From positions 832,001 to 896,000 of the forward strand of contig CAVSGM010000001.1 in the NCBI GenBank assembly GCA_963727485.1: 64,000 bases of DNA. The letters are read 5' to 3'. Source of the DNA: an uncultured delta proteobacterium. GTDB lineage: Bacteria; Myxococcota; Myxococcia; SLRQ01. The position numbers and the translations under genes are program-made. Shown here one piece after another: positions 10,544-20,324 of the stretch (position 1 is its first letter; every line of letters begins with the position of its first letter). The notes under the pieces are model-generated. The model ran no database searches. It was not told the origin of the DNA and saw nothing but the letters and a program-made list of their open reading frames with translations.

Positions 10544-11454
10544 CGCCCCGGCGCCTCACCTGCGTCGCCGGGGATCTCCACCACAGCTACCTCCTCTGGG
10601 ACCTCGGCGGGACGCGTCCCCTGGTGCTCCTCCATGGCTTCCTCGACCAGGGGTGGAGCTTCGCGCCCTTCGTCGAGGCGCTGGCGGCAGAGGGCCTCGC
10701 CGGGTACACGGTGGTCGCCCCGGACCTCCGGGGCCACGGCCACTCGGGCCACGTCGGCGCCGGGGGCGCCTACCACTTCCCCGACTACCTCCGGGACCTG
10801 GTGGGTCTCCTCGACCACCTCGAGGCCGCCCACGGCCTCGCCGGGCCCGTGGACCTGCTGGGCCACTCGATGGGCGGGAGCATCGCCGGCTACCTCGCCG
10901 GCAGCTTCCCCGAGCGGTTGGCGCGGCTGGTGCTGGTGGAGGGCCTGGGTCCGCCGTCGGAGGACGGCGACCGGGCGCCGGAGAAGCTCCGAGCCTTCGT
11001 GGAGCGCCATGCCGCGCTCACCGGACGGGCGCCCCGGGTCCTGCCCTCGGTGGCCGCCGCCGCGGACCGGCTCCAGGCGGGCAACCACCGCCTGACCCGC
11101 GAGCTGGCCCTGGCGCTCGCCCGGGAGGGGACCCGGCCGGTGGCCGGCGGTGGGGTCACCTGGCGCTTCGATCCCCGGCACCGGGTGCCCTCCGCGATCC
11201 CCTTCCACTTCTCGCGTCTCGAGGCCTTCCTCCGGCGCCTCGCCTGCCCGGTGCAGCTCGTCGACGGCGCCGAGAGTGGGAAGCTCCCGGACCACGCCGC
11301 CCGGCGGGCGGGGATCCCCGGGGCCCGCCACGCGGTCATCGCCGGCGCCGGCCACATGGTCCACCAGGACCGTCCCGAGGCGCTGGCGGCGGTGGTCGCC
11401 GGCTTCCTCGCGGACACGCCGCCCGGCACGCCCCAGGCCAAGGCGCCCGCCTAG
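10540..11454 (+). CDS. Alpha/beta-fold hydrolase
   Basis: LLHGF, DLRGHGHS, nucleophile GHSMG, C-terminal GAGHMVH. Confidence 0.9.
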   Translation: MTPRRLTCVAGDLHHSYLLWDLGGTRPLVLLHGFLDQGWSFAPFVEALAAEGLAGYTVVAPDLRGHGHSGHVGAGGAYHFPDYLRDLVGLLDHLEAAHGLAGPVDLLGHSMGGSIAGYLAGSFPERLARLVLVEGLGPPSEDGDRAPEKLRAFVERHAALTGRAPRVLPSVAAAADRLQAGNHRLTRELALALAREGTRPVAGGGVTWRFDPRHRVPSAIPFHFSRLEAFLRRLACPVQLVDGAESGKLPDHAARRAGIPGARHAVIAGAGHMVHQDRPEALAAVVAGFLADTPPGTPQAKAPA

Positions 11455-12080
11455 TACATGGCGCTGGTCTCGGCCTCGCGCGCGGCCATGGCCCGGCGCA
11501 GCCGCGCCAGCTCCCGACGGTGGGCCATGAAGCTCCACAGGGACCAGAGGAGGAGCACCACGAACCCGGCCACCGCGTAGGTGATTGCCGCGTGGATGGC
11601 GTCGAAGGCGTCGGGGTAGCGGTTCTCGGGGGTCACCGGGAGCTGGCCGAAGAGCCCGTCCTCGTCGGGCTTGTCGGCCCGCGTCGCCAGCGCCGCCTCC
11701 TGCAACCCCAAGGGCCGGGGGTAGGTGACGTCGCGCTCCTGGAACCGCCAGTGGATGCTCTTGAGCTGCTGCCAGGCCCAGGTCAGGTTGGGGTTGATGG
11801 CGAGGGCGGCGTAGTAGTGGCGGGCGGCGTCCTCGAGGTGGGGGAGGTCGGCGCCCTGGCCGCGGTCGGTGCCGAGGATGGCGTCGCCGGCGTGGAGGGC
11901 CTGGTCGATCCGGTAGGCGTCGGAGCTGGTGTAGGCGGAGTAGAGCCCGCCCCCCGCGGCCAGGCAGTAGACCAGGAGCAGGATGAAGGGCCCGAGGCCG
12001 CTCCGGGAGGTCACCACCCCGGCCGGGGCGCCGGAGGGATCGGTGTCCTGGTCTCCGAGGTGCGGGGGGACGACGGCCAT
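11451..12080 (-). CDS. Hypothetical 2-TM membrane protein with a TPR-like periplasmic segment
   Basis: Two TM helices flanking ARHYYAALAINP; coding-like codon usage. Confidence 0.6.
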   Translation of the reverse strand: MAVVPPHLGDQDTDPSGAPAGVVTSRSGLGPFILLLVYCLAAGGGLYSAYTSSDAYRIDQALHAGDAILGTDRGQGADLPHLEDAARHYYAALAINPNLTWAWQQLKSIHWRFQERDVTYPRPLGLQEAALATRADKPDEDGLFGQLPVTPENRYPDAFDAIHAAITYAVAGFVVLLLWSLWSFMAHRRELARLRRAMAAREAETSAMY

Positions 12081-12093
12081 GGCGGCCAGCCTA

Positions 12094-13026
12094 CTACGAC
12101 CCGGCGGGTCGGGCGACCACCAGCCCCTCGCGCCCAGTCGAGGCGTGCCTCCCCGGCGTCGAGGGTCACCGGGAGGCCCAGCGGCAGGGGCAGGTTGCGA
12201 TCGCCGTGGCCCGCGGGGAAGCCCAGGGTCGCGGGGACGCCCCAGTCGGCGAGGCGCTCGGCGACCACCTCGGCGGCGGTGTAGTCGGCGCCGGGCTCCT
12301 CGCAGCCGGTGAGGTCGCCCACCAGGACCCCGGCGAGGCGCGGGGGGACGCCGGCGAGCTCGAGGTGGGTGAGCATCCGGTCCAACCGATAGGGACGCTC
12401 GGCGACGTCCTCGAGGAGGAGCACCGCCCCCTCGAGGTCCGGGAGGTAGGGCGTGCCCAGGAGCCGGGTGAGGACGGCGAGGTTCCCGCCGAGGAGGGGC
12501 CCCTCGGCGCGGCCGGCGCGGATGGGCGTCCCCTCGAAGAGGAACGGACCCGGGGGCTCCGGGCGCTCCACCAGCCGCCACAGCTGGTCCAGGGTCTCCG
12601 GGGGAGCTCGGCGAGCTGGCAGGCCACCGGGCCGTGGACGGTGGCGAGCCCCGCCTGGTCGAGGCGGGCGTGGAGGACGGTGACGTCGGAGAAGCCCACG
12701 AAGACCTTGGGGTGGGCCAGCGCGCCGGCGAGGTCGAGGTCCGGGAGCAGGCGCATGGCGCCGTAGCCCCCGCGGATGGCCCACACCGCGTCGGCCTCGG
12801 GATCGTCGAGGGCCGCCTGGAGCTCGGCGAGGCGGCGGGCGTCGTCGCCGGCGAGGTAGCGGGCGGTGGCGAAGGCGCCGGGGTCGTGGCGGACGGCGTA
12901 GCCCCGGGCCTCGAGGGCGGCGACCCCGGCGTCGAAGCGCGCCCGGGGGAAGGGCCCGGAGGGGGCCACCAGGCGGACGACGGAGCCGGAGCCGAGGGCC
13001 GGCGGGCGCACGGGATCGGGGGGCAT
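12094..13026 (-). CDS. ldcA: LD-carboxypeptidase (peptidase S66); frameshift at ~12600, 3' end uncertain
   Basis: RGGYG, GFSD (Ser nucleophile), GGNL, LLLEDV.E and GHG motifs lie across two frames joined at a C/G homopolymer. Confidence 0.85.
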
Positions 13027-13156
13027 CCGGTCAAGCGTAGGCCCCCCGCGGGCGCGGGCGCAACGGCCGCCGGCGCCGGGTCGGCGAACCCCTTGCCCCG
13101 ACGGGGGGCTGTGCTAGCTTCCCCGCCCACCCCCACTGCCGCACGAGGAGCCCACC

Positions 13157-13549
13157 ATGGTGAACTGTCCCATCTGCCACGAGGCCATGAACCAGCAGGA
13201 CGAGGAGGGCGTCACCGTCGACGTCTGCAACGCCCACGGCGTGTGGCTCGATCAGCAGGAGCTCCTGCTCATCACCGAGGCCAAGCGGTTCAAGGAGGGG
13301 GCCTTCGTGTTCAAGGACCTCGTCCGCCGCAAGGAGGCGCCGCCTCGGGACCCCGAGCGGCACCTCGCCTGCCCCAAGTGCGGCAAGGACATGCGCCTCG
13401 AGGAGTACCAGGACGTGCAGATGGACTGGTGCCCCGAGCATGGGGTGTTCCTCGACTCCGGCGAGCTCGAGGCCATCCTCAACAACCTGCGCCTCGATCC
13501 CATCTTCCTGCGGGGCGTGGCGCTCCGGCTCAAGGAGCTGGAGTACTAG
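13157..13549 (+). CDS. Double TFIIB-type zinc-ribbon protein
   Basis: Two repeats: CPIC...CNAHGVWLD and CPKC...CPEHGVFLD; AGGAG RBS. Confidence 0.85.
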   Translation: MVNCPICHEAMNQQDEEGVTVDVCNAHGVWLDQQELLLITEAKRFKEGAFVFKDLVRRKEAPPRDPERHLACPKCGKDMRLEEYQDVQMDWCPEHGVFLDSGELEAILNNLRLDPIFLRGVALRLKELEY

Positions 13550-14405
13550 GCAGCGCCCGGCCCCGGGGCCGGCGGGCGATGAGCTGGATCTCCCGGCGCA
13601 GGTGGAGGCGCCGGGCGGTCCCGTTCCAGGCGGCGACGACGCCCCACCGCGCGGCCTCGTAGAGCCAGCGTGGTCCCCGGGCGAGGCGCCGGCGGAACAC
13701 GGCCTTGCCCGCCTTCACCGGCTCGAGGCCCGCGCGCCGGCAGGCGTCGGCGAGGTGGCGGTCGGTGAAGTAGACGTGGTGCTGCCAGCCGGCGCGGTCG
13801 GGGCGGAAGAAGCCGCCGCGCCGGGGCATGAGGAAGCGCTTCCAGTAGTCGGCGTCGGGGACCACCAGGAGGGCCACGCCGCCTGGGGACAGGACCCGGC
13901 GGAGCTCCCGGAGGCCCGCCAACGGATTGGCGAGGTGCTCCAGGGTGTGCTTGGCGGTGACCAGGTCGAAGCGGCCCTCGTCGAAGGGGAGGGCCTCGAG
14001 GGCGCCGACCTCGGCGAGGTGCCCGCGCTCCCGGCAGGCGGCCACCGCGAACTCGGCGGGGTCGACGCCGGTGGGCGCGAGGCCCAGGCGCCGGCCGGCC
14101 TCGAGGACGTAGCCCACCGAGCAGCCCACGTCGAGGACGGCCCGCGCCCCGGGGGCGTACTCGAGGGCGGCGAGGAGCTGGCGGGCGCACTTGCGCACCC
14201 GGTGGGCCCAGCGTTTGGTGTAGCGGGCGCTGCCGAGGGCGAAGTAGTCGGCGTCGTAGCCGGCACCGAGGCCCGGCTGCTGGGCGCGCTTGTAGACCAG
14301 GTCGCAGCCGGCGCAGACGCCGAAGGCGAGCTCGGGGAAGCGCACCAGCTCCCGGGCGCCGGTGGCCCCGCAGAGCGGGCAGGCCTCGAGAAAGGGTGCG
14401 GTCAC
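13530..14405 (-). CDS. Class I SAM-dependent methyltransferase with N-terminal Zn ribbon
   Basis: CPLC...CAGC, VLDVGCSVG, FDLVT.KHTLEH. Confidence 0.85.
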   Translation of the reverse strand: MTAPFLEACPLCGATGARELVRFPELAFGVCAGCDLVYKRAQQPGLGAGYDADYFALGSARYTKRWAHRVRKCARQLLAALEYAPGARAVLDVGCSVGYVLEAGRRLGLAPTGVDPAEFAVAACRERGHLAEVGALEALPFDEGRFDLVTAKHTLEHLANPLAGLRELRRVLSPGGVALLVVPDADYWKRFLMPRRGGFFRPDRAGWQHHVYFTDRHLADACRRAGLEPVKAGKAVFRRRLARGPRWLYEAARWGVVAAWNGTARRLHLRREIQLIARRPRGRALPSTPAP

Positions 14406-16219
14406 GCGGGGGCGTAGGCCTCCGCCTCGAAGGCGGCGAGGTCGGGGTGGCGGGGCAGCCCCTGGGCGAGGCGCGGGGGCAGGGGCGCGAGGCCGGGGAC
14501 GGCGAGGAGCTCGGCCACCAGGTGCTGGAAGGCCTGCGGCGGCGCCATCCCCGGGAAGAGGGTCTCGAGGCCCATGTCCCGGCTGGTCATCCGCAGGCCG
14601 CGGACGGTGGTGGCGTCCCGGGCGAGGACCAGGTCGAGGACCACCACGTTGGCGGCGGTGCCCTCGGGGGTCTGGAAGCGCTCCACGATGCCGGCGGCGA
14701 CCGCCTGGACCCGGGCGGCGGGGAGGGGCTGGAGGCGGCCGTCGGGGCGGGTGACCTGGTAGCCAGCCTCGACCCGCCCGGCGAAGCGGCTGGGGATGAC
14801 CCGGACGGCGACGGCCGGCGCAGCGGACGGCGTGGCCGGGGCCGGGGAGGGCGGCGCGGCAGGTGCGGCGGTGAGGCCGAGCTCGGAGGCCCGGCGCCGC
14901 GCCTTCTCCCCGAGGGCTCCGGCGCCTCCGGCCGCGACCTGGTAGAGCAGCTCCAGCGTGCCCGGGGCGAGGCGGTCCTCCATCACCGTCGCCGCCCGGT
15001 AGGCGGTCGCCGGGCGGAGGGCGGCGCGGTCGAGGCGGCCCCCGAGCTCGCCGAGGGCCAGCTCCACCGTCGCCAGGTCCTGGCGGGCGAGGCAGCCGGT
15101 GAGCAGCCTGTCGAGGTGCCGGGTCGCCGCCGCGGCGTCGCCAGTGTCCAGCTCCAGGCGGGCGAGGCCGAGGAGGGCGTCGACGTTCCCCGGGTCGGCC
15201 CTCAGCGCCTCGCCGTAGGCGGCCCGGGCACCGTCCCGGTCCCCCTGGCCCAGGGCGTCGGCGGCGGCGAGGACCGAGGCGTGCTGCTCGAAGCTCTCAC
15301 CCTCGACCGCCGGGGTGATGTACTTCGCCTCGAAGTCGGTGGCCTTCACCACCACCGCGGCGGCGGCGCCGAAGGCGAAGGCGGCGAGGCTGGGGACCAG
15401 GGCCGAGGCGATGCCGAGGATGCTGCCGAGCCATAGCCAGAGGCAGGCGTTGGCCAGCCAGAACACCGCCCAGGTCCAGGCGGGGACCGAGAAGGTCCCG
15501 AACTTGCGCAGGGGGAACCACCAGAGGAAGCGCACCTTGCGGCTGGCGAAGCGCACGCTGAAGGCGCCGAAGCAGGCGGCCAGCGCTCCGGCGGGGCCGT
15601 AGACCGGGACCTGGGAGCCGTGGGCCAGGGCCACCCAGAGGCCGGAGGCGACGAGGGCCCCCCCGGCGAAGAGGCCGCCGAAGGCGAGCCGCCCCCAGGC
15701 GTCCTCGAGGAACGGCGCCACCATGTAGAGGAGCAGGAGGTCCCAGGCGATGGCCAGGTAGCCATGGGTGATGAACGGCCCGGTGATCGACCCACGCTGG
15801 ACCACGCCGTCGGCGGGCACCAGGCCCCACTGGGCCCGGGACGGCTGGGCCGCCTGGGCGGCGAGGTACTTCTGGGTGAGGGCGTCGAACTGGGCCTGGT
15901 GCCGGTGGTGCTCCGCCGGCGAGACCATGCTGATGCCGCCGCTCTTCCCCGAGGTCGCCGCGGCGCCGGCCTTGGAGGGCAGGCTGGAGAGGATGCCGCC
16001 GAGGCCGGGGATCTGCTTCAGGAGCTTCTTGGTCGGGTGCACGTCCGGATGCTTGAGGTAGTAGACGAAGAGCGCCTGGGCGCCCCCGGCGTCGGTCTCG
16101 GGCGGTGGCGACGCCTTGAGGCCCGCGAAGACCAGGAGGAGCAGGCTGGCGATGCCGATGGCCACCCAGGGCATCCGCCGGATGACCGCGTCCTCGAGAC
16201 CGATGGGGAAGAAGAACAC
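14402..16219 (-). CDS. Rhomboid-like membrane protein with TPR C-terminus, probably catalytically inactive
   Basis: MFFFPIG start, WGLVP, LEDAWG; GPAG replaces GASG and the TM6 His is absent; TPR-like AYGEALRADPGN. Confidence 0.7.
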   Translation of the reverse strand: MFFFPIGLEDAVIRRMPWVAIGIASLLLLVFAGLKASPPPETDAGGAQALFVYYLKHPDVHPTKKLLKQIPGLGGILSSLPSKAGAAATSGKSGGISMVSPAEHHRHQAQFDALTQKYLAAQAAQPSRAQWGLVPADGVVQRGSITGPFITHGYLAIAWDLLLLYMVAPFLEDAWGRLAFGGLFAGGALVASGLWVALAHGSQVPVYGPAGALAACFGAFSVRFASRKVRFLWWFPLRKFGTFSVPAWTWAVFWLANACLWLWLGSILGIASALVPSLAAFAFGAAAAVVVKATDFEAKYITPAVEGESFEQHASVLAAADALGQGDRDGARAAYGEALRADPGNVDALLGLARLELDTGDAAAATRHLDRLLTGCLARQDLATVELALGELGGRLDRAALRPATAYRAATVMEDRLAPGTLELLYQVAAGGAGALGEKARRRASELGLTAAPAAPPSPAPATPSAAPAVAVRVIPSRFAGRVEAGYQVTRPDGRLQPLPAARVQAVAAGIVERFQTPEGTAANVVVLDLVLARDATTVRGLRMTSRDMGLETLFPGMAPPQAFQHLVAELLAVPGLAPLPPRLAQGLPRHPDLAAFEAEAYAPA

Positions 16220-16334
16220 GCTCTAGAGCCTACACCGGGACGCCGGTCCGGGGGTGCCGGGCCCCGGACGCACCACGGCCCGCGCCGAGCGGGCTCGGGC
16301 GCGGGCCGGGGGTGCTGCAGGGGCAGCCCCGGGT

Positions 16335-18452
16335 CTACCAGACGGTGCAGGCGTTCTTCGGGGCCATCTTGGTGCCCACGGCGCAGTGGAACGCCTGGGC
16401 GAAGGCCGGCTGATCGAGAGGGCCCCGTCGACGCGGAACCGCGGCGCCGAGTGGGGGTCGAGCTTGGTGAGCAGGGCGGCGAGCTGCGGCCGCACCTTGG
16501 AGCACCAGGCCTGGCCCACGCCCAGGAAGAACTGCTGGTCGGGGGTGAAGCCGTCGGCGACCTTCTCCACCTTGTCGCCCGCGGTGAGGTCACGGTAGGC
16601 GCGGAAGGCCATCTTGACCCCACCGATGTCGGCGATGTTCTCACCGAGGGTCAGCTTGCCGTTGAGGTGCACGCCCTTGACCGGCGAGTACTGGGAGTAC
16701 TGGTTCACCACGCACTCTGTCTTGGCCTTGAACTGCTTGGCCGCCGCCGGGGTCCACCAGTTGGCGAGGTTGCCCTTGCCGTCGAACTTGGCGCCCTGGT
16801 CGTCGAAGCCGTGGGTGAACTCGTGGCCCACCACCATGCCCATGCCGCCGAGGTTCACCGGCACCGCGTGCTTCACGCTGTAGAAGGGCGGCTGGAGGAT
16901 GCCGGCGGGGAAGACCACCTCGTTGAGCTGCTGGTCGTAGTAGGCGTTGACCGTGGGAGGCGTCATGTACCACTCCTCCCGGTTCACCGGCTTGCCCACC
17001 TTGGCGAGCTCGTAGTTCAGCCGCCACTTGGCGTAGGCCATGACATCGTGGGCGAAGTCGGTGCGGCTGACCTTGTAGTCGTAGTGCTTCCACTTGGAGG
17101 GGTAGCCGATCTTGTAGCCGACCATGGACAGCTTCTTGTGGGCCGCGGCGGTGGTCGCCTTGTCCATCCACCCCAGGGTGTCGAGGTTCTGGTCGAAGGC
17201 GTGGGAGATGGCGTGGACCAGCTTCTGTGCGGCCGCCTTGGACTGGCCGGAGAACTTCTCCTGGACGTAGATCTTGCCCAGGATGTCCCCGAGGGCGTGA
17301 TCGGTGGAGGCCACGCACCGCTTCCACCGGGCGCTGGAGCTTCTTCTGGCCGGTGATGGCCTGGCGGAAGGCGAAGTTCTCGTCGATGAACTTCTGGGGC
17401 AGGGCGTTGTGGCCGGCCGCCGCCGAGATGATGTGCCACTCGAAGTAGGCGTGCCAGGTGGCGGGCTTGGTCTTCTTCATGATGGGCGCGAGGCCCTTGA
17501 AGAAGTCGGGGACGCTGACGTTGAGGTCCTCGAGGTCGGCGAGGCCCATGGTCTTGAAGTAGCGCTTCCAGGGGAAGCTCGAGTCCATGGCCACCAGGTC
17601 CTTGACCGGCACCCGGTGGTAGGTGGCCTTGGGATCCCGGCGCTCGACCCGGCCCATGGAGATCTTGGCCAGCGCGGTCTCGAGCTTCATCACCCGCGCG
17701 GTGTTCTTGGCGGCGGCCTTCTTCTTCTGGCCGGCGAGCTCGAACATCTTCTCCACGTGGGCCTGGTAGAGGTCGCGGATGTGCTTCGAGCGGGGATCGT
17801 CCTTGAGGTAGTAGTCCTTGTCGGGGAGCCCGAGGCCACCCTGATCCACGTCGGCGATGACCTGGGTGGCGTCCTTGGCGTCCTGCATCGAGTCGGTGCC
17901 GAAGAGCACCCACACCTGGTGCTGGTGGAGGTCGGTGATCGCCCGGGCCAGGGTCTTGTGGCCCCGGACCCGGCGCGCCACCTTCAGCAGGGGCTCGATG
18001 CCCTTGAGGCCCATCTTGTCGATGGCCTTGGTGTCCATGCAGGCGGCGTAGTAGTCGCCGATCTTCTTCTTGCCCGCGTCGTCACCGGGGTTCTTGGCGG
18101 CGTCCTCGAGGATTTGGTGGAGGGTCTGGATGTTCCGCTCGTGGATGACGCTGAAGCTGCGCGACCACATCGACCGGTCCGCGGGGATCTCGGTCTTCTT
18201 CAGCCAGCCACCGCAGGCGTACTGGTAGAAGTCGCTGCAGGGGTCCGCGGTCTTGTCCATGGCCGTGGGGTCGAGGCCGACGTCGGCGAGCGACACCTTC
18301 TCGATCTCGGGGCCGGCGGGCTTGGGCGCCGGCTTGGCCTTTTCGGCCTGGGCGGGCTTGGCGGCGGGCTTGGGGGCCGCGGCGGGGGTCGAGGTCTTGC
18401 ACCCGGCCACCAGGACCAGGGCAAGGGCGAGGGCAAGGGAGCGCGTCTGCAT
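16335..18452 (-). CDS. M13 (neprilysin/PepO-like) metallopeptidase lipoprotein; frameshifts at ~17332 and ~16415
   Basis: Lipobox VAGC, DPCSDFYQYACGGW, VNAYY, GHEFTHGFDD, GENIAD; restored C-terminus AFHC...CTVW. Confidence 0.9.
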
Positions 18453-18587
18453 GGCCTACCTCCGTGATTGGGGCGCGGAAGCTACCACAGGCCCCCGGTG
18501 GCGCCTACCCGCCTGGGTCAACCTGCACCGGGGCGCTAAAGCCCCACCCCGGGTGGCCGATGGGAGGCGTCGAAGGACACCCGTGAC

Positions 18588-20324
18588 ATGGCGACGGCAA
18601 CCCAGGCAACCCAGGCAGGACAGGCACAGATCATCCCCCTGAAGGGGCGGGCAGGCCCCTCGGTGCCCGGTGGCGACCCATCCCGGGCGCCGACGGACAC
18701 CGACGCGGAGCTCAACCTCCGCATCCTCTGGTCCCTGGCGCAGTGGCTCCGCGATCACCGGGGGCAGGCCGCCCTGCGCCGGGCCGCCGAGGCCGGGGGC
18801 ATCGCCCCCGAGGACCTCGACGGCAAGAGCCGCTGGGCCTCGGTGGCGCAGGTGGACGCCTTCTTCGCCGCGGCCCGGGAGACCATGCCCGACGACGCCA
18901 CCTTCGCCCGGGCCTGTGCCTGGCGCATGGCCGAGGGCCTCGGGCCCTTCCGCCACCTCCTCTGGGCGATGAGCCCCCGGGCGGTCTACGGCCAGGGCGC
19001 GAGGTCGATGCGCCTCATCTCCCGGGTGAGCCGCTACGAGCTCGCCGAGGAGCGCGAGGGCCTGGCGGTCTGGCGCTACCTGACCGACCGGCCTGAGAGC
19101 CGCCTGATCTGCCTCTCGCGCCTCGCCCAGATGAAGATGCTCCCCACCCTCTGGGGGATGCCCGAGGCCCGGGTGGAGGAGACCGCCTGCGTCGCCCACG
19201 GGGACGGCCACTGCGAGTACCGCATCCACTACTACGCCGCCTGGCGCTGGCTCCCCGGGGGGCTGGGCTTCCTGGCTGGGCTCCTCGCCGCGGCCGCGGC
19301 CACCGGCCTGGGGGTCGCCGCCATGCCCCTGTGGGTGTCGCTGCCCCTCCTGGGCGCCGCCACCGGGTTCCTGGTGGAGCTGCGCCGGATCAACCGGATG
19401 AACCTGGGCCTGGGCGCGGAGATGCAGGAGGCCCTCCTGGAGATCGCCCGGGACGACGCCGAGGCCCGCAGCGAGCTCCTCGCTCTCCAGCAGCGCCAGC
19501 AGGCGTGGACCCGGGTCCTCGAGGCCCAGGTCGCCGAGCGCACCGCGATGCTCCAGCGGATGGTCGACAAGATCCAGCGCATCCGCACCGAGCGCGAGGC
19601 CACCCTCCGGGGCTTCTCCCACGACCTGCGCAATCCCCTGGCGGTGCTCCGCGCCGGCACCGGCCTCCTCGCCGAGAACGCCGAGGTCCTCGGCGAGGAC
19701 GGCCCGGAGCTGGTCGCCGACATGGAGGCCTCGGTCGACCGGATGGAGCGGATGCTTCGGGAGGCCATGGACGTCGCCGAGGGCCGGGGCCGCCTGCTCC
19801 ACCTGGTCCCCGAGCGCCTGGTCGTCGCCGAGCTCCCCGAGCAGCTGCGCCGCCGGCTCCAGGCGCTGGTCCTGGGCCGGGACATCCGGGTCACCGCCTT
19901 CGCCACCCGGGAGGCCCCGGAGGCCGTCGAGACCGATCCCCTCCTCTTCGACCGGGTCGTCGACAACCTGCTCACCAACGCCGCCAAGTACACCGAGCGC
20001 GGGAGCATCGTGGTCGAGGTCGGTGGCCGCCCCGGTGCCCTCACCCTCAAGGTCTCCGACACCGGCCGGGGCATCGCCGACGAGGCCCTCCACCGCATCT
20101 TCCAGGCCGGCGGCTCCACCGAGCGCGCCCCCGGGAGCTGGGGAGTGGGGCTCTCGGTGGTCGTCGATCTCCTGGCCCAGGTCGGCGGCCACCTCGAGGT
20201 GATGTCCCGCCCCGGGGTGGGCACGACCTTCTGGGTCCACATCCCCGAGCGCCTCGATCCCACGGTCGCCTCCGACGACCCCATCGACCAGGTGGTCACC
20301 ATCCGCAGGAACGACACCCCATGA
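18588..20324 (+). CDS. Sensor histidine kinase with N-terminal V4R/H-NOX-like domain and 2 TM helices
   Basis: H-box FSHDLRNPL, N-box NLLTNAAKY, G1 DTGRGI, G2 GVGL; sensor domain ends in ETACVAHGDGHCEY. Confidence 0.85.
   Translation: MATATQATQAGQAQIIPLKGRAGPSVPGGDPSRAPTDTDAELNLRILWSLAQWLRDHRGQAALRRAAEAGGIAPEDLDGKSRWASVAQVDAFFAAARETMPDDATFARACAWRMAEGLGPFRHLLWAMSPRAVYGQGARSMRLISRVSRYELAEEREGLAVWRYLTDRPESRLICLSRLAQMKMLPTLWGMPEARVEETACVAHGDGHCEYRIHYYAAWRWLPGGLGFLAGLLAAAAATGLGVAAMPLWVSLPLLGAATGFLVELRRINRMNLGLGAEMQEALLEIARDDAEARSELLALQQRQQAWTRVLEAQVAERTAMLQRMVDKIQRIRTEREATLRGFSHDLRNPLAVLRAGTGLLAENAEVLGEDGPELVADMEASVDRMERMLREAMDVAEGRGRLLHLVPERLVVAELPEQLRRRLQALVLGRDIRVTAFATREAPEAVETDPLLFDRVVDNLLTNAAKYTERGSIVVEVGGRPGALTLKVSDTGRGIADEALHRIFQAGGSTERAPGSWGVGLSVVVDLLAQVGGHLEVMSRPGVGTTFWVHIPERLDPTVASDDPIDQVVTIRRNDTP

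Noticed and set aside
18453..18587. Possible TPP riboswitch ahead of the ThDP-enzyme operon
   Set aside because: The conserved CUGAGA and ACCUG core arrangement was not found
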